64,000 nt of DNA from Ostrea edulis (Eukaryota). The notes beneath the pieces were generated by a model. That model did no database searches. It saw only the letters and a program-made list of their open reading frames with translations, and was not told the DNA's origin. The position numbers were made by a program, and so were the translations under genes. Position 1 is the stretch's first letter. Each line of letters opens with the position of its first letter. Location of the stretch: NCBI RefSeq assembly GCF_947568905.1, contig NC_079167.1, positions 33,170,001 to 33,234,000 of the forward strand. The letters run 5' to 3'. Below are positions 26,401-40,300 of this stretch, in pieces.

Positions 26401-28334
26401 GCAATTACTTGGCCTGTATTTATGACATCAAATTGAAACTCAAATTGAATATGAATAAAAACGGAAGACAAATATCATCATTAAGTTTATAAAATGTGTT
26501 TTACATTGATAATGATCGATATTATGGCTTCTAACCTGACGTGTCCCTGTAATCACTTTCGCAGAAGTGAAGGTGGCAAACAACATCTGCATTCTTAGGC
26601 TCCCACAACTTTTTTGATTTCGGATCAATTCTTTTGATTGCAACAATCCACTGAAAACGTTTATATTTGTCTTTTGGGAACTGATGTCCACCATAATTAC
26701 TACAGAGCGGCACAGAACAACGCTGTGGCATGTCGACGATCACTTGCTTCGCGCTTTGTTTACCGTGGATTCAAGCGTCTCAAACGCACAGTTAACCACC
26801 GATACCTCATCGTCATAAAATGAAAAACCAAACCGGACGGGTGTTTTCCATTTGAAGAGTGCCGTAATGGAAAGTTATGCGCTGCAAAGAGCGACAACTC
26901 GAATAGTTCTATGTTATTTCCGATTTCGAAAGCACGTTTTCAATTTTCCCTCCGACGTTTTGTAACCAACACGACAAGAGCGACAATAAAAATATTCTGA
27001 AAACTCAACACCCACGTGGCACAAAATAAAACAATAGAAACTACCCACTACCCATAATAAATATTTTTTTAACAGTCCAACCACGGACCAATTAAAATAT
27101 GAAAAAATACGATCACCCACACAAAAAAATATCGTTTGCCGCCCGACCCCCCCATTTGATCATTTCTGAAACAGCCCTTACCAATATGAAAGGTTTAATT
27201 TTTACTTACCGATTTGTAAGGTCTAATTTTAACTTACTGATTTGTAAGGTCTAATTTTATCTTACCGATTTGTAAGGTCTAATTTTAACTTACCGATTTG
27301 TAAGGTGTAACTTAACTTACCGATTTGTAAGGTCTAATTTTAACTTACCGATTTGTAAGGTGTAACTTAACTTACCGATTTGTAAGGTCTAATTTTAACT
27401 TACCGATTTGTAGGGTCTAATTTTAACTTACCGATTTGTAAGGTCTAATTTTAACTTACCGATTTGTAAGGTCTAATTTTAACTTATTGATTTGTAGGGT
27501 CTAATTTTGATTTATGGATTGATAAGGTATACATATTAAACAGTATTTTGTTTCCAAAGCTTTGTTAGTATGATAAACTATGAAAAATAATACGATTTGA
27601 CAGATTATGTACGGGTATTAATGGAGTACTCATCTACTGAATGTAAGGAGAAAATTATGATTTTCTAGTACGAAAATATGAAGGAGTGACGTTTATGGAC
27701 AGTTGGTCCTTGTGCACAAGCGCGTGAGAAAAATATTGTTAGAAACATTATGGGAGTTACGGTATATAGTCGTACTGAATGTTGATTTCATGTTAAACAT
27801 AGAATTTAACTCCCCTTGTAATGCTCAAAGTAGTTCTCTCTATCCTGTTTAATCCCGTCTGACTGTATCACTAAATATGTCCTGTCAACAGCCTGCAGGC
27901 CGTGCACGCTTTCCTGTCGCCTTGTAGTTGTTTACTTTGGAAATGTCACATGGTTATAAATATTTCAAAATGGGGCATTCACTATCCGACTCAGAGAATA
28001 CATGAATAAATAGGAAATTAGCTTGATTACCTTTCAATCCGATGGAGTTCAATTGCATAATTTGCAGAAAGTGTATAACTTACATAGCTTGATATGAAAT
28101 GCATGCTTTTTATTCCTACGGTGACATCCAAAGAATACAGCTTTAAATCATGGATTGCATTGGTCTGATTTTAACGTACAGATCAGTAAGGTTTAATGTT
28201 AATTTGCTGGTTGGTAAGGTGATTGGTGAAGTCAAATTTTAGCTTACTGATGTGTAAGGTCAGATTTGTAATTATAGATGGGTCGAATTTCAACAGAGGG
28301 ATTGGTAAGTCTAATTATAACAATCCATGGAGAT

Positions 28335-28366
<32 letters not shown>

Positions 28367-31300
28367 TCCCCCATCTTCCCCATTAATTGTAATGATTTCT
28401 CAGGATACTGCTAGATGTGGATAATTCATGATTTATCACATCTCACTAGGCGGATGTTCACAGTAACACAGTACTAATGATTAGTGTATCCCGTTTCTCA
28501 GGTGCTGCCTTCACCAGGTTTCAGACAATGCGGCTGCAGAAGATTTTCCCAGAGGCCCTGGCTGAAAAGTTGATCAGCTATGGAAGCTGTCAGTTTCCAA
28601 CCCTTGGGTTTGTAGTGGAGCGTTACAAACAAGTCCAGGCCTTCATACCAGAACCGTTCTGGAAAATTAAAGGTTCTTAAGTTCAATGGAATATTGTTTT
28701 TATTAATTCAAAAAGTAAAAAGTGTATGTTGGAGATTTTTCCAAATTTCAACATCCTTGTTGCATTGTTGAGGTTCATAAATTAATTATACATGATTAAA
28801 TGATTTAAGCTTATGACTTCAACTTTTAATTTGACATGTGTAGATACATGAGATCAGTCTGTTGTTTTGAAAACATACGAACTTATATGTATATTTTATA
28901 CAGATTGCCTGTAACTGACACTATGATATTCTACGATAACACATATTCATCTTCACTATATTTCATCTCATTAATGGAAAATCTCATGATCTGATTTCAG
29001 TGACCCACATCTTTGATGATGCTACAAAGTGTGAATTTTCGTGGAAAAGGTAAAGTAGTGGTAGAGTAATAAACAAACTGCGTTAATTGCAATTCATTAA
29101 AGAATACGTGTAATCCATACGGTGGCTGCACCTACAGATGATCTGTCGAAGGGAGTGGAGGAACGCTTTTATGTACATGTGTAGATAAATATTTTTTTTG
29201 TACTACATTCTCATGAAATACTTTGATTATTTTACGTCCCATTCACTCATATTGAGACATCACAAGCTGTAGGTGAAGTACCACAAATTTAGACCTATAC
29301 TTGGCAATCTGGGGCATAGCAGTGAGGATTCTTTATCATGCCAATGCCTGCCGCGACACAGGACATCCAGGTTTAATGTCATATCCAAATGACTTGTGAT
29401 TCTCACTTCTAAATGCTGAGTGTTTGGCGAAGGAGCAATCACTACCTATTTTGACGTCTTAGGTTTGACACGGCTATGGCACAAGCAGGGCTCGAACTCA
29501 CGATCTCCCGGTTACGAAGCGAATGCTCTACCTTTGAGCTGCATGAAATATGTAGAAATAGCCACTTTAATGAGATGGAAAACCTGAATTTGGTCAAGGT
29601 CACTGCAGACAAGGTCACTGCAGACAATACATGCTTCTTTTAAATTCTAGTTGTCACATGGCTATGTTAAGAAACACAGTGTCATTTTATGAATGGTTAA
29701 TTGAGGTTGATGAATTATGTAAAGTGAAAACTTCTTAGAGATACATTTATACCACATTTTATTTTTTTATAAAAGAATTTTTTGTCAAGTAATTTGTGAT
29801 TCTGATATCAGGAATTAATGATTTCTTTTCAGAATCCGTTTATTTGACCACAATGCTTGCTTAGTCCTGTATGAACAATGTACAGAGGTGAATACATCTA
29901 CATCCTTTTACATTTTCTCTCTTCCGTATATTTTAGAGAGATAGATATTGTTTTGTAATGTATATATTTTATGCACAGAATCCAAAGGCAAAAGTGATAG
30001 AGGTGAAATGTAAACCAAAGAGCAAATGGAGGCCTGTTCCACTCGACACTGTGGTATGTAGATATAGGGTTACGTATTGTATTTATATAGTTGATATAGG
30101 GCTACGTAATGTATGTATATAGTAGATATAGGGTTATGTATTGTATGTATATAGTAGATATAGGGCTACGTATTGTATTTATATAGTAGATATAGGGCTA
30201 CGTCTTGTATGTATATAGTAGATATAGGGCTACGTATTGTATTTATATAGTAGATATAGGGCTACGTATTGTATGTATATAGTAGATATAGGGCTACATA
30301 TTGTATGTATATAGTTGATATAGGGTTACATATTGTATGTATATAGTAGATATAGGGCTACGTATTGTATTTATATAATAGATATAGGGCTACGTATTGT
30401 ATGTATATAATAGATATAGGGTTACGTATTGTATGTATATAATAGATATAGAGCTACGTATTGTATGTATATAGTAGATATAGGGCTACGTAATGTATGT
30501 ATATAGTAGATATAGGGCTACGTAATGTATGTATATAGTAGATATAGGGCTACGTATTGTATGTATATAGTAGATATAGGGCTGCGTAATGTATTTATAT
30601 AGTAGATATAGGGCTGCGTATTGTATGTATATAGTAGATATAGGGCTATGTGTTATATGTATATAATAGATATAGGGCTACGTAATGTATTTATATAGTA
30701 GATATAGGCCTACGTAATGTATGTATATAGTATATATAAGGTTACGTATTGTATATATATATATATATACCGTATATACTCGCCTATAAGTCGGTCCGCC
30801 TATAAGTCGGTTGTATTTTTTAAGGTTATTTTGTAGGAATTTTCCATTGACCCGCTTATAAGTCGGTACAAATTTTTGTCAGAATCGGTTGACAATTTCA
30901 AGTCAATGCTCTAGTGTTTTTACCTATGTTTCAAAAAATATTTTGAAAAATTAATAATTATAAAGTGCTCAATATCCAAGCCCTATCAGTTCGGGGTTTA
31001 AACGCACCCCTTGATCTATTATGGACAATGATCCCTTGTTGACCTACGCAATTATGGTCTAATTACCAGTACCTGACACTGTGTTTACTTAGTGGCACAC
31101 GCCTCGCGGTTATGGTGGGGTTCCGGTATAATTCAATGTATCAACAACAGAGTTTTTAAGAGTCAAGAATGATGATCTTAATTATCTTTTAACAATATTT
31201 ATATAATAGATATAGGGCTACGTATTGTATGTATATAATAGATATAGGGCTATGTATTGTATGTATATAGTAAATATAGGGCTACCTTTGACAGAGCTGT

Positions 31301-34300
31301 GAAGTAAACAAAATTTCAATTTTGATACACGAGCTCTTTTATATCCTTGGCGGTCTGTTTTGTTATTCCAATAATTCACTCAGTCTCAAATTTCATGAGG
31401 AATGAATATCAGTGGTAGTAATATGAAACGTGTTAATTGTAGGAAATGGAGAAATTAGCATCCAGAAAGTTACGCATCAGTGCCAAGGAAACCATGAGGA
31501 TCGCAGAGAGCCTCTACACCAAGGGGTTCATCAGCTACCCCAGAACGGAAACCAACATGTTCCCTAAGGACCTGGACCTTGTGATGCTGGTGGACGAACA
31601 GACCAGAGACCCCAGCTGGGGAGGTAGATATGTAAAAATGTTCATTTCTGTTACACAGCTGGGGAGGTAGATATGTGAAGATGTACATTTCTGTCACACA
31701 GCTGGGGAAGTGGATGTATAAAGATGTACATTTCTGTCACACAGCTGGGGAGGTGGATGTATAAAGATGTACATTTCTGTCACACAGCTGGGGAGGTGGA
31801 TGTATAAAGATGTACATTTCTGTGATAGATGTATAAAGATGTACATTTCTGTCACACAGCTGGGGAGGTAGATGTGTAGAGATGTAATTTTCTGTAGCAC
31901 GTATTTATCAATCCAGTTCAGTAATGTTATACAGTTGTAGATTAAGTTTTCATGTACCTGCTGTGTTACAGTTTTGTGTCGTCTACGAAGCATAGCTTGG
32001 TTATTACTCTGTCCTTTACAGAAGTTATATGTACAGTTAAACTTCATTATCTCGAACACTGATATCTCGAATACCATGGATATGTCAAAGTGATTCGGAA
32101 GTCCCATCCACTTATTCTTGAGTATTTTACCCTTGGTATCTCGAATCCTCTGATATCTCAAAGGTTTTTCTTGGTCCCCTCGAGTTCGAGATAACAAGGT
32201 TTGACTGTATATAGTATGTGTATTTCCCTCTGTAAGATTCCTTTCTTTTATACCACATTTCAGTCCACCTGCAGACAACTGGTACTCCTTGGAGCACCTT
32301 GATTCATAATCTTTTTTCTATATTCATGCAGGATTGCACAATTAGTTATTGTACAAACTAGTTTACATTGTTGTCCTCTCTTTAACCTATCTACATATCG
32401 CGAACATACTGTATATCATCAAACATAAAAATATCACAGATAATTTACATACATTTAAGAGCAACCTCAAAAGACGATATTTGAGAATCTTTGAGAATCA
32501 AAATAATATTGGGAGATAGGCTATAGTATGATATAGTTATAATATTGAAAACTTTTACATAAGATATGCGTCATTAGTGAGAGCAGCAAGCGACCCCAAA
32601 AAGATGGGACCTTAGAAGGACAGAACTGTAGGAAGGTCTCCACTCACAAGAACTGTTACTGCTACAGCCTTCAACATGCATCGGCCAAAGTTTGGCTCAT
32701 CACTTACAGCTGGTGACATCCCTTCATGAGTGAGAGATGTACAATGGACTGAAAATAACAAATCAATTGATCATCAAAAGATCCATTAAGCATCCATACT
32801 CTACTCAATTTGCTATGATTTGATAGGTACATCCAATTTTAAAAATTTCTGTTAAGTGCTTGATTGAGGTGTATTAGCATACTAGGGCACTGTTTTCTTT
32901 GTGGAAATCCCACAGAAATATCAGTGTCTGTATGAAGTACACTCTGTAAACAGGGTTATGAGAGCAACAGTTGTCTTTTTTTAATGTTGAGGTTAGACTC
33001 CAATCACATGATACTCGACTCAAATTCTGCCGTGCTAGTCTTACTCCGCTGTGCTTCCTAGTCTTACTCTGCCGTGCTTTTTAAACCGTATACAGTGCCT
33101 TAGTGGATTTTCCCAGATGAATTTCTGCTTGTTATTAATGGATAGTCCCATGACACGTGATGAATTTTTGCTATCAACACTAATTTTCATTCATTAAGGA
33201 AGCAGTTGTGTAGTAAGAATAATTATCATAAAATTGTACTTTTATATTTAGAAATAATATACGATTACAGTCTCAGTGTTTCTTAATGGACAGGATAGTT
33301 TTCTGGTATTTTTAAATCGTAAAATTACTTGATTGCTTTGTGTTTGTATTAATGCAAAAATTAAAAACAAAACGACATTACCAATATTGCTTAGCTTAAT
33401 ATTTTATCATTCTATTAGGCTTTGCTAGAGGGATTTTACAAGACAGACCGAATCCAAGGAATGGAAACAAGACGGACCAGGCTCATCCCCCCATACACCC
33501 CATCAAATACACAGACGGCCTACAGGTAAAATGTAATGTCCTTTTGTTGTCATAAACACGTTCCTATACACACATGAAGAACATAAATACACCCCATTAT
33601 GTAGAGACACGTCTTTACACCCCACAAATACATGAACAACCTGCAGGTAAGATGTGATCTTTTGTTGTTAAAGACACCCTATACATCTCATCATGTTTAT
33701 AAACACACCTATACACCTCATCATGTATTTTGACACCCTCCTATACACCTTTTATTCATAGACATGCCCCTTTATGTCCCATCAAGTACATAGCCACACC
33801 CCTTTACACCCCTTCAAGTATATAGACATTACCCCTTTACACCCCATTATGTACATAGACACACCTTTTTAAACCCCATCATGAAAATAGACACATCCAT
33901 TTAAACCCCATCATGTACATAGACATACCCCTTTATGGGGCAGTACATCTGTCAAACTGTAACACAGGTGTCCTAAGGTGAGCTCAGCAAGGACAGAAAC
34001 CTCGCGTAGAGTAAAAGGGCAAAAGCTCACACCCCATCATGTACACAAACACACCCATTTACACCCCATCATCTACACAGACACCGTTTTTTTTACACCC
34101 CATCAGGAACACAGAAACACCCCTTTACACTCCATCATGTTCATAGACACACCCCTTTACTTCCTATCATGTAGACTGACACACCCCTGTAAACCCCATT
34201 ATGTATGCAGACACACCCCTTTACAACCCATCATATACACAGACACACCCTTTTACTTCCCATCATGTACATAGACACCCCCCTTACACCCCATATTGTT

Positions 34301-37300
34301 AACAGACACACCAATGGAAACTCCATCATGTACACAGATACAACCCTTTACTTCCCATCATTACATAGACACACCCCTTTACACCCCATCATGTACACAG
34401 ACAAACCTTTTACACCCCATCATGTACACAAACACACCCCTTTATTTCCCATTATGAACACAGATACCCCCCTTTACACCCCATCATGTACACAGATACA
34501 CCCCTTTACACCCCATCATGTACACAGATACACCCCTTTACTTCCCAGCTTGTAATATTTCAGGGTAATGACGCTAGATTATACGAGTTCATTGTGCGAC
34601 ATTTCCTTGCTACCTGTTCTAAAGACGCTCAAGGACAGGAGACTACAGTGACCATTGAAATTGCGGATGAAAAGGTAACATCCGTTCGTGGACAGATTTT
34701 ACATGTGTCGTACAGTGGCTTCATCTACATGTATACACAAAATGCTGTACTGTCATGTAGAATTACCACCATGTGTTAAGTCCACATTTATTACATCCGT
34801 CAGTTTGAAGTGTGAGTGTGGAGATCCTCAAACAATCTTTCATTTACTCTGCAGTATTTTCAAAATTGTTTGTTAACCGTTTCGTGATTTTTCAGTTTTC
34901 AGTGCAGGGTTTAATGATCACAGCTCGACATTATCTGGATGTGTATCCGTATGACAGATGGAATGCCAAGGTAAGATAAATAGAATACCAAGATAAGATA
35001 AATGGAATATCAAGATAGGATAAATGGAATATCAAGATAGGATGAATGGAATATCAACCTGAAGATAGGATAAATGGAATATCAAGATAAGATTTATAAA
35101 TGAAATATCAAGATAGAATAAATGGAATATATCAAGATAGGTGAAATGGAATATCAAGATAAGATAAATGGAATATCAAGATAAGATAAATGGAATATCA
35201 AGATAGAATAAATGGAATATCAAGATAGGATAAATGGAATATCAAGATAGGATTTATAATTGGAATATCAAGATAGGTTAAATGGAATAACAAGATAGAA
35301 TAAATGGAATATCAAGATAAGATAAATGGAATATCAAGATAAGAGGTAAATGGAATAGGACAGTAAAATGGAATACCAAGGAATGCTAAGATAAATGGAA
35401 TGGGTCACTAAATAGCATGCCAAGGTAAGGTAAATGGAATATCAAGATAAGGCAGATGGAATGTCAAGGTACAATCTGCCATCTGTGCTACAGCTCATTT
35501 GATCTCCAGTGTTGATATTTCCATGTAGGGTGTACATTGTTTTATTTCAGACAATACCTGTGTATCAGGAAGGCGACATTTTTGAGCCCAATGCTATTGA
35601 TGTAAGTATGAATTTTGCAGAGTAATTCTGTCTTCTAAGTTGTTGCATTATGTAATGAGTGAAGAGGAAAATTCTAGCTTCACTTTGAATGATTTTAAAA
35701 AGCCTTGTGAAATTTTCTGCAGATGCTGTTCAGTGAAACCTCTCCACCTCCATTACTGACCGAAGCTGACCTCATTTCATTGATGGAAAAACACGGAATA
35801 GGTTTATACTGAATTACTGAATCTAAATTATGCTTTCAAAAAAGTTATTACATTTGTATATAAAAATTTTGGGTTTTTTTTGTAGTTTTTGAAGTACAAT
35901 GCACGGTTATATATTTCTATTTATACAGATAATGATTCTGTAATTACTGCCAATGACTATTATATTTTCTAATTCTTACTGATAATAAATTTTTTTTTAA
36001 AGTGCTGGCAATGACTTTTATATTTTGCAGCTGGTAAATCTTTTGTGTGTGAATTTTCAGGAACAGATGCAACTCATGCAGAGCACATAGAGAAAATTAA
36101 AACTCGAATGTATGTAGGAGTAAACAACGACAATCGCTTTGTCCCCGGTCAGCTGGGGATGGGATTAGTTGAAGGTAGGAGTATAGAGATAGTCATTGTT
36201 AGTTGAATGGACTCTTACTTGATTATGACATGGCCTGGAGGCTTTGAATCTTTTTTGAGCACATTTTCATATTCAAAACTCTGCTCTAAATCATACTCGT
36301 ACTCAAAAGTGAAAGTTATAAAATGTTTATAAAATCATTCTCACACTCAAATGAAGTACATGTTCAAAATTTTTTAGTATGTTTCGAAACTTGCTCAGAG
36401 TTATTCTCAAAACAAACATGACTGAGTTTGAATATGAGCACGGTAAAAGTTTTATAACCTCCAGGCCTGGTTATATTTGCAGGTTATGATGCCATGGGTT
36501 ATGAAATGTCCAAGCCTTACCTGTAGATTTGTACCTGAATATTACCTGGTTATTTTTACAGGCTATGATGCCATGGGTTATGAAATGTCCAAACCTCAAC
36601 TGCGTGCTGAGCTAGAGGCAGATCTCAAAAGGTTAGTGTGGAAACATTTTCTATAGCTTAGCAAAGACATACAGGGACCAGGGCATGGAATTAGCATACC
36701 GTATATACTCGCCTATAAGTCGGTCCGCTTATAAGTCGGTTGTATTTTTTAAGGTTATTTTGTAGGAATTTGCCATTGACCCGCTTATAAGTCGGTACAA
36801 ATTTTTGTTGAATCAGTTGACAATTTCAAGTCAATGCTCTAGTGTTTTTACCTATGTTTCAAAAAATATTTTGAGAAATTAATAATTACGAGGTGCTCAA
36901 TATCCAAGCCATATCTGTTTGGGGTTTAAACGCAACCCTTGATCTATTATGGGCAATGATCCCTTGTTTACCTAAGCAATTATGGTCTCCTAATTACCAG
37001 TACCTGACACCGTGTTTACTTGGTGGCACGCGCCTCACAAAAACTGTTATTGTGGGATTCCGGTATAATTCATTGTATCAACAATAGAGATTTTAAGAGT
37101 CAAGAATGATGATCTAAATTATCTGTTAACAATATTCAATCTTTTATGAAATATATTTCAGCCGGTATACATATGAATATTTCGATATTAAATTGGGTTC
37201 ATAATTTAATTTTTACCGATAAACGATAGATTAGTTGAATTGAAAATATTAGTTACTGGTATGTAAATAATTTTTAACTAGATAAAAATATGTAAATACT

Positions 37301-40300
37301 TGTACGTTACACATAATTTTAAAATACATAAACAATACAATATGTCTAGTATTTTTGAACAATAATCATTTGTGTGGTAGTCCATGATAATCATCGGAGT
37401 TGTTTAAAAAACACTACATTACACCACCCAGAAAAATACCAATCTTCTTAGGACGCTCCTATAAGTTGGACATAGAGTTTTGGACCAAAAATTGACTCCC
37501 AAAAATCCAATCTGATTAAAACCAGATCCTGAGATCCGCTCACTTAGATCGCTACACTAGGATCTGACGTAACCCCATATAGGGTCACGTCTGCATGACC
37601 TTTCGTTAAGCCAATCAAATTGACCCTGTCGATTTATACCAATGATAATTTTTCTCCCATGAACCTTTGCATCATGATGCAATAAAAATGGCTGCGCGTT
37701 TGACAGACGACTGCACACCTGTCAAAACATGCGATTTAAACAATGTCTGTTATTCTCTGCAGGTTTTCTTTCATTCAAACGCTAAAAAATCCCGAAGGAG
37801 TTCACAATTCAAGGAAAATGGCTGCGATTGTTTGGTTTGAAAGAAAACATATCGCAGCTAGATGCGACGTCACAATGCACCATTTATGTCGACTGGCGTT
37901 ATATTCCTTGCGTTATTTAAGTAGACCATCTTGAAAACTATTCAAATCGTACCCATCCCTATTCATACATAAATCGAAATTCACAATTAATTTAATTTGG
38001 GTATATTTCATATCGTACGTTGTGTTGTTTGTATGAATGGAATAGATTAGGCATTATTGCGAAAGTTTAAAATTCGTTGTGCGATAATATACAATTTTAC
38101 AGTGTGGAATAAACTTCGTGGGAGAGAGATTATAGCAATTTGTTTACGAATTGCCAGGAACCGCCTAAATAGCCATCATTGTCTGTATGGTGCAATCTGA
38201 CTGGCTGATAGTTCTAATGAATATTCCAAGTAAAAGGTCATGCGGACATGACCCTATATGGGGTTACGTCAGATCCTAGTGTAGCGATCTAAGTGAGCGG
38301 ATCTCAGGATCTGGTTTTAATCAGATTGCCCAAAAATCCGACTTATAGCGAGTATATATGGTATGCCAGTCAGTCCGTGACTGGTGAAAAGTCTGGCGGA
38401 CTGATTGATATTTGTTTTAGTCAGTCTGACAGGACTGGTCAATTTTCTAAAATGTCATTTTGAAAACTTGCTTGTGCTATCTTAAACATGCCTTTGGCAT
38501 TCCTCTGTAGACATCTGACAGACCTGATTAGTGTTGCAATATTGTCCGAGGCATATCGAGTTAAATCCCACTTTAATTAAATAACATTAACAAAATATGT
38601 TTAATTATTTCTGGAAAACCCTGGTAGACTAGTAAATTTTTCTGCGGACTTGTTGAAATTATACCTTATCAGTCCAGCTGGACTGGTGACATGAAGAGTT
38701 AGTTTCAAGCCCTGGGGACAGACGTGTTACAGACAGAAAAAAAGACTGAAGAAACAGATGGATACCATCTAACATCAAAACAAAATATACTTACTTAAAT
38801 ATAAAACTGCCAATGTCATGTCAACATTGATGAATTAATGTATTCATCTTTATTCCAGGATTTGTGATGGAAAGAAGGACAAAAACTGTAAGATATAAAA
38901 GGATTATGTTTAATTAATTTCTAATTTCAATCACATCAGCTGTTTACAATTATTTCTTTAGAAATATTACAGCACAGGTGTGCTCTCTCATCTCAATAAT
39001 ACACTAAAACTGGTCAAATCCAGATCTTCTCAATGATACAGTAAAACTGTTCAAATTCAGATCTCCTTTATGATAAAGTAAAATTGCAAAGCATTTCAAT
39101 CCCGAAAATTTTTAAAATTATCTTTGTAGCTAAATAAATAGTGTGCATTTTGGATCTTGTCTGTTCTGTACATCGACTGTGATGTAAAGATTAAAAATCA
39201 ATTAAATCGATATCATTTTCTAAATTTGATTTTTTTTATGTTGCTGTTATGGTTAAATCAAATTTGTTGAACTTACGAAAATGTCTATTTCAACACACGA
39301 ATTTCTTCTCTGCCATTATGCCAAGATAAACAAAAAAATCACCAAGGCAGAACTCAGCAAAAAATATGGGATCAAAGCCACTACTGTCAATTATATTCCT
39401 AAAAGACTAGAATTGGAAATTGTAGAAATCAGTGGATTAGGTGACAAATAACAATTATTTACAAGTGGTTCTAATAAGCACTGTTTAATGATGCAGTCTT
39501 TAGATGGTTCAAACAAGAGCTAATAACATTCCTATAAATAGCCATATACTTCTAAGAAAAAAGCATTAGATTTTGCAGCTCAACTTGGTTTTCCAGATTT
39601 CAAGGCTACTATCAGAAGATAGACAATTTTTAAATCATGATTCAACATAATAGTCATTTTCACATTTATGATGAAAATTTTGAGTTTTAAGAATTTTGAA
39701 AGATTTGGAAAAAAAACCTATTCTGTTATATTTGAATTAACAATCCATCTTGGCTGACATACTATATTTTTCACAGGAATTAATGAAATGAAAATTCTGG
39801 GCTATTCTTCTTAAACTATGTCAGAACTGTAACAAAGTGTGCATAGAAAAATTGACTGAAAACGTTAGTACAATGTAAATTAATGATCAAAGCCTTATGC
39901 CAGCAGTTCTTGTATTGAAGATTCAGAGTTGTATTCTAAACAAGGACATAATGTGTAACCAAAATTTAATGTTCACATTTGCAATATTTTATAGCAGAAA
40001 ATAAATGAAATGTTTGTAAAAAAAAAAATAAAAAAAAAAATAAAAAAAAATTAATAGATAAACTGCTTGCCCCCTTACCAATGAGAGGGGGGTGGGGGGT
40101 GTAACAGGATTGTAATCACCACACACACCCTTTGGTTGAATATTTTTTGGTGATTCATTTGATATCTTGAAACAATTTTAAGTAACTATATAGATTTCAT
40201 CATATGTCTCTGAGAAGTTAAGTGCAACATGTTTATTACAATGTTTTTGTCAGTGGTGCTGTCCCAGCAGGTGGAGAAGTACAAGGAAGTGTTTAAGGTG

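Larger units (their letters stand above)
18955..27177. mobile_element. Autonomous ISL2EU / PIF-Harbinger-superfamily DNA transposon, 8223 bp, apparently intact
   Basis: 41-bp TIRs: GGGCTATTCCAGAAATAAATACATGGGGGGGTCGGGAGGCA versus GGGCTGTTTCAGAAATGATCAAATGGGGGGGTCGGGCGGCA (34/41 identical). TTA duplication at 18952-18954 and 27178-27180; removing the element restores a minisatellite unit. Two convergent genes inside. Confidence 0.92.
36679..38714. mobile_element. hAT-like MITE (CAGGGC ends, 5-bp GGGAC duplication); outer layer of a three-level nest
   Basis: gggac|CAGGGCATGGAATT ... AGTTTCAAGCCCTG|gggac. Confidence 0.65.

Noticed and set aside
26094-26471. 125-aa ORF in transposase intron 1 with a DDAIPSL motif; possible extra exon
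   Set aside because: Direct splicing of exon 1 to exon 2 already gives a correctly spaced THAP AVP motif, and I found no phase-consistent path through this segment.
28337-28370. Long poly-C tract and the poly-Pro ORF 28223..28414
   Set aside because: It is an intronic homopolymer, one of several G/C runs in the window, and its length is unreliable.
33978-34555. His/Thr/Pro-rich ORFs
   Set aside because: They are translations of the exon-12-derived minisatellite.
36232-36467. GGCCTGGAGG inverted ends, possible MITE
   Set aside because: The TIR is only 10 bp and there is no target duplication, so support is too weak to list.
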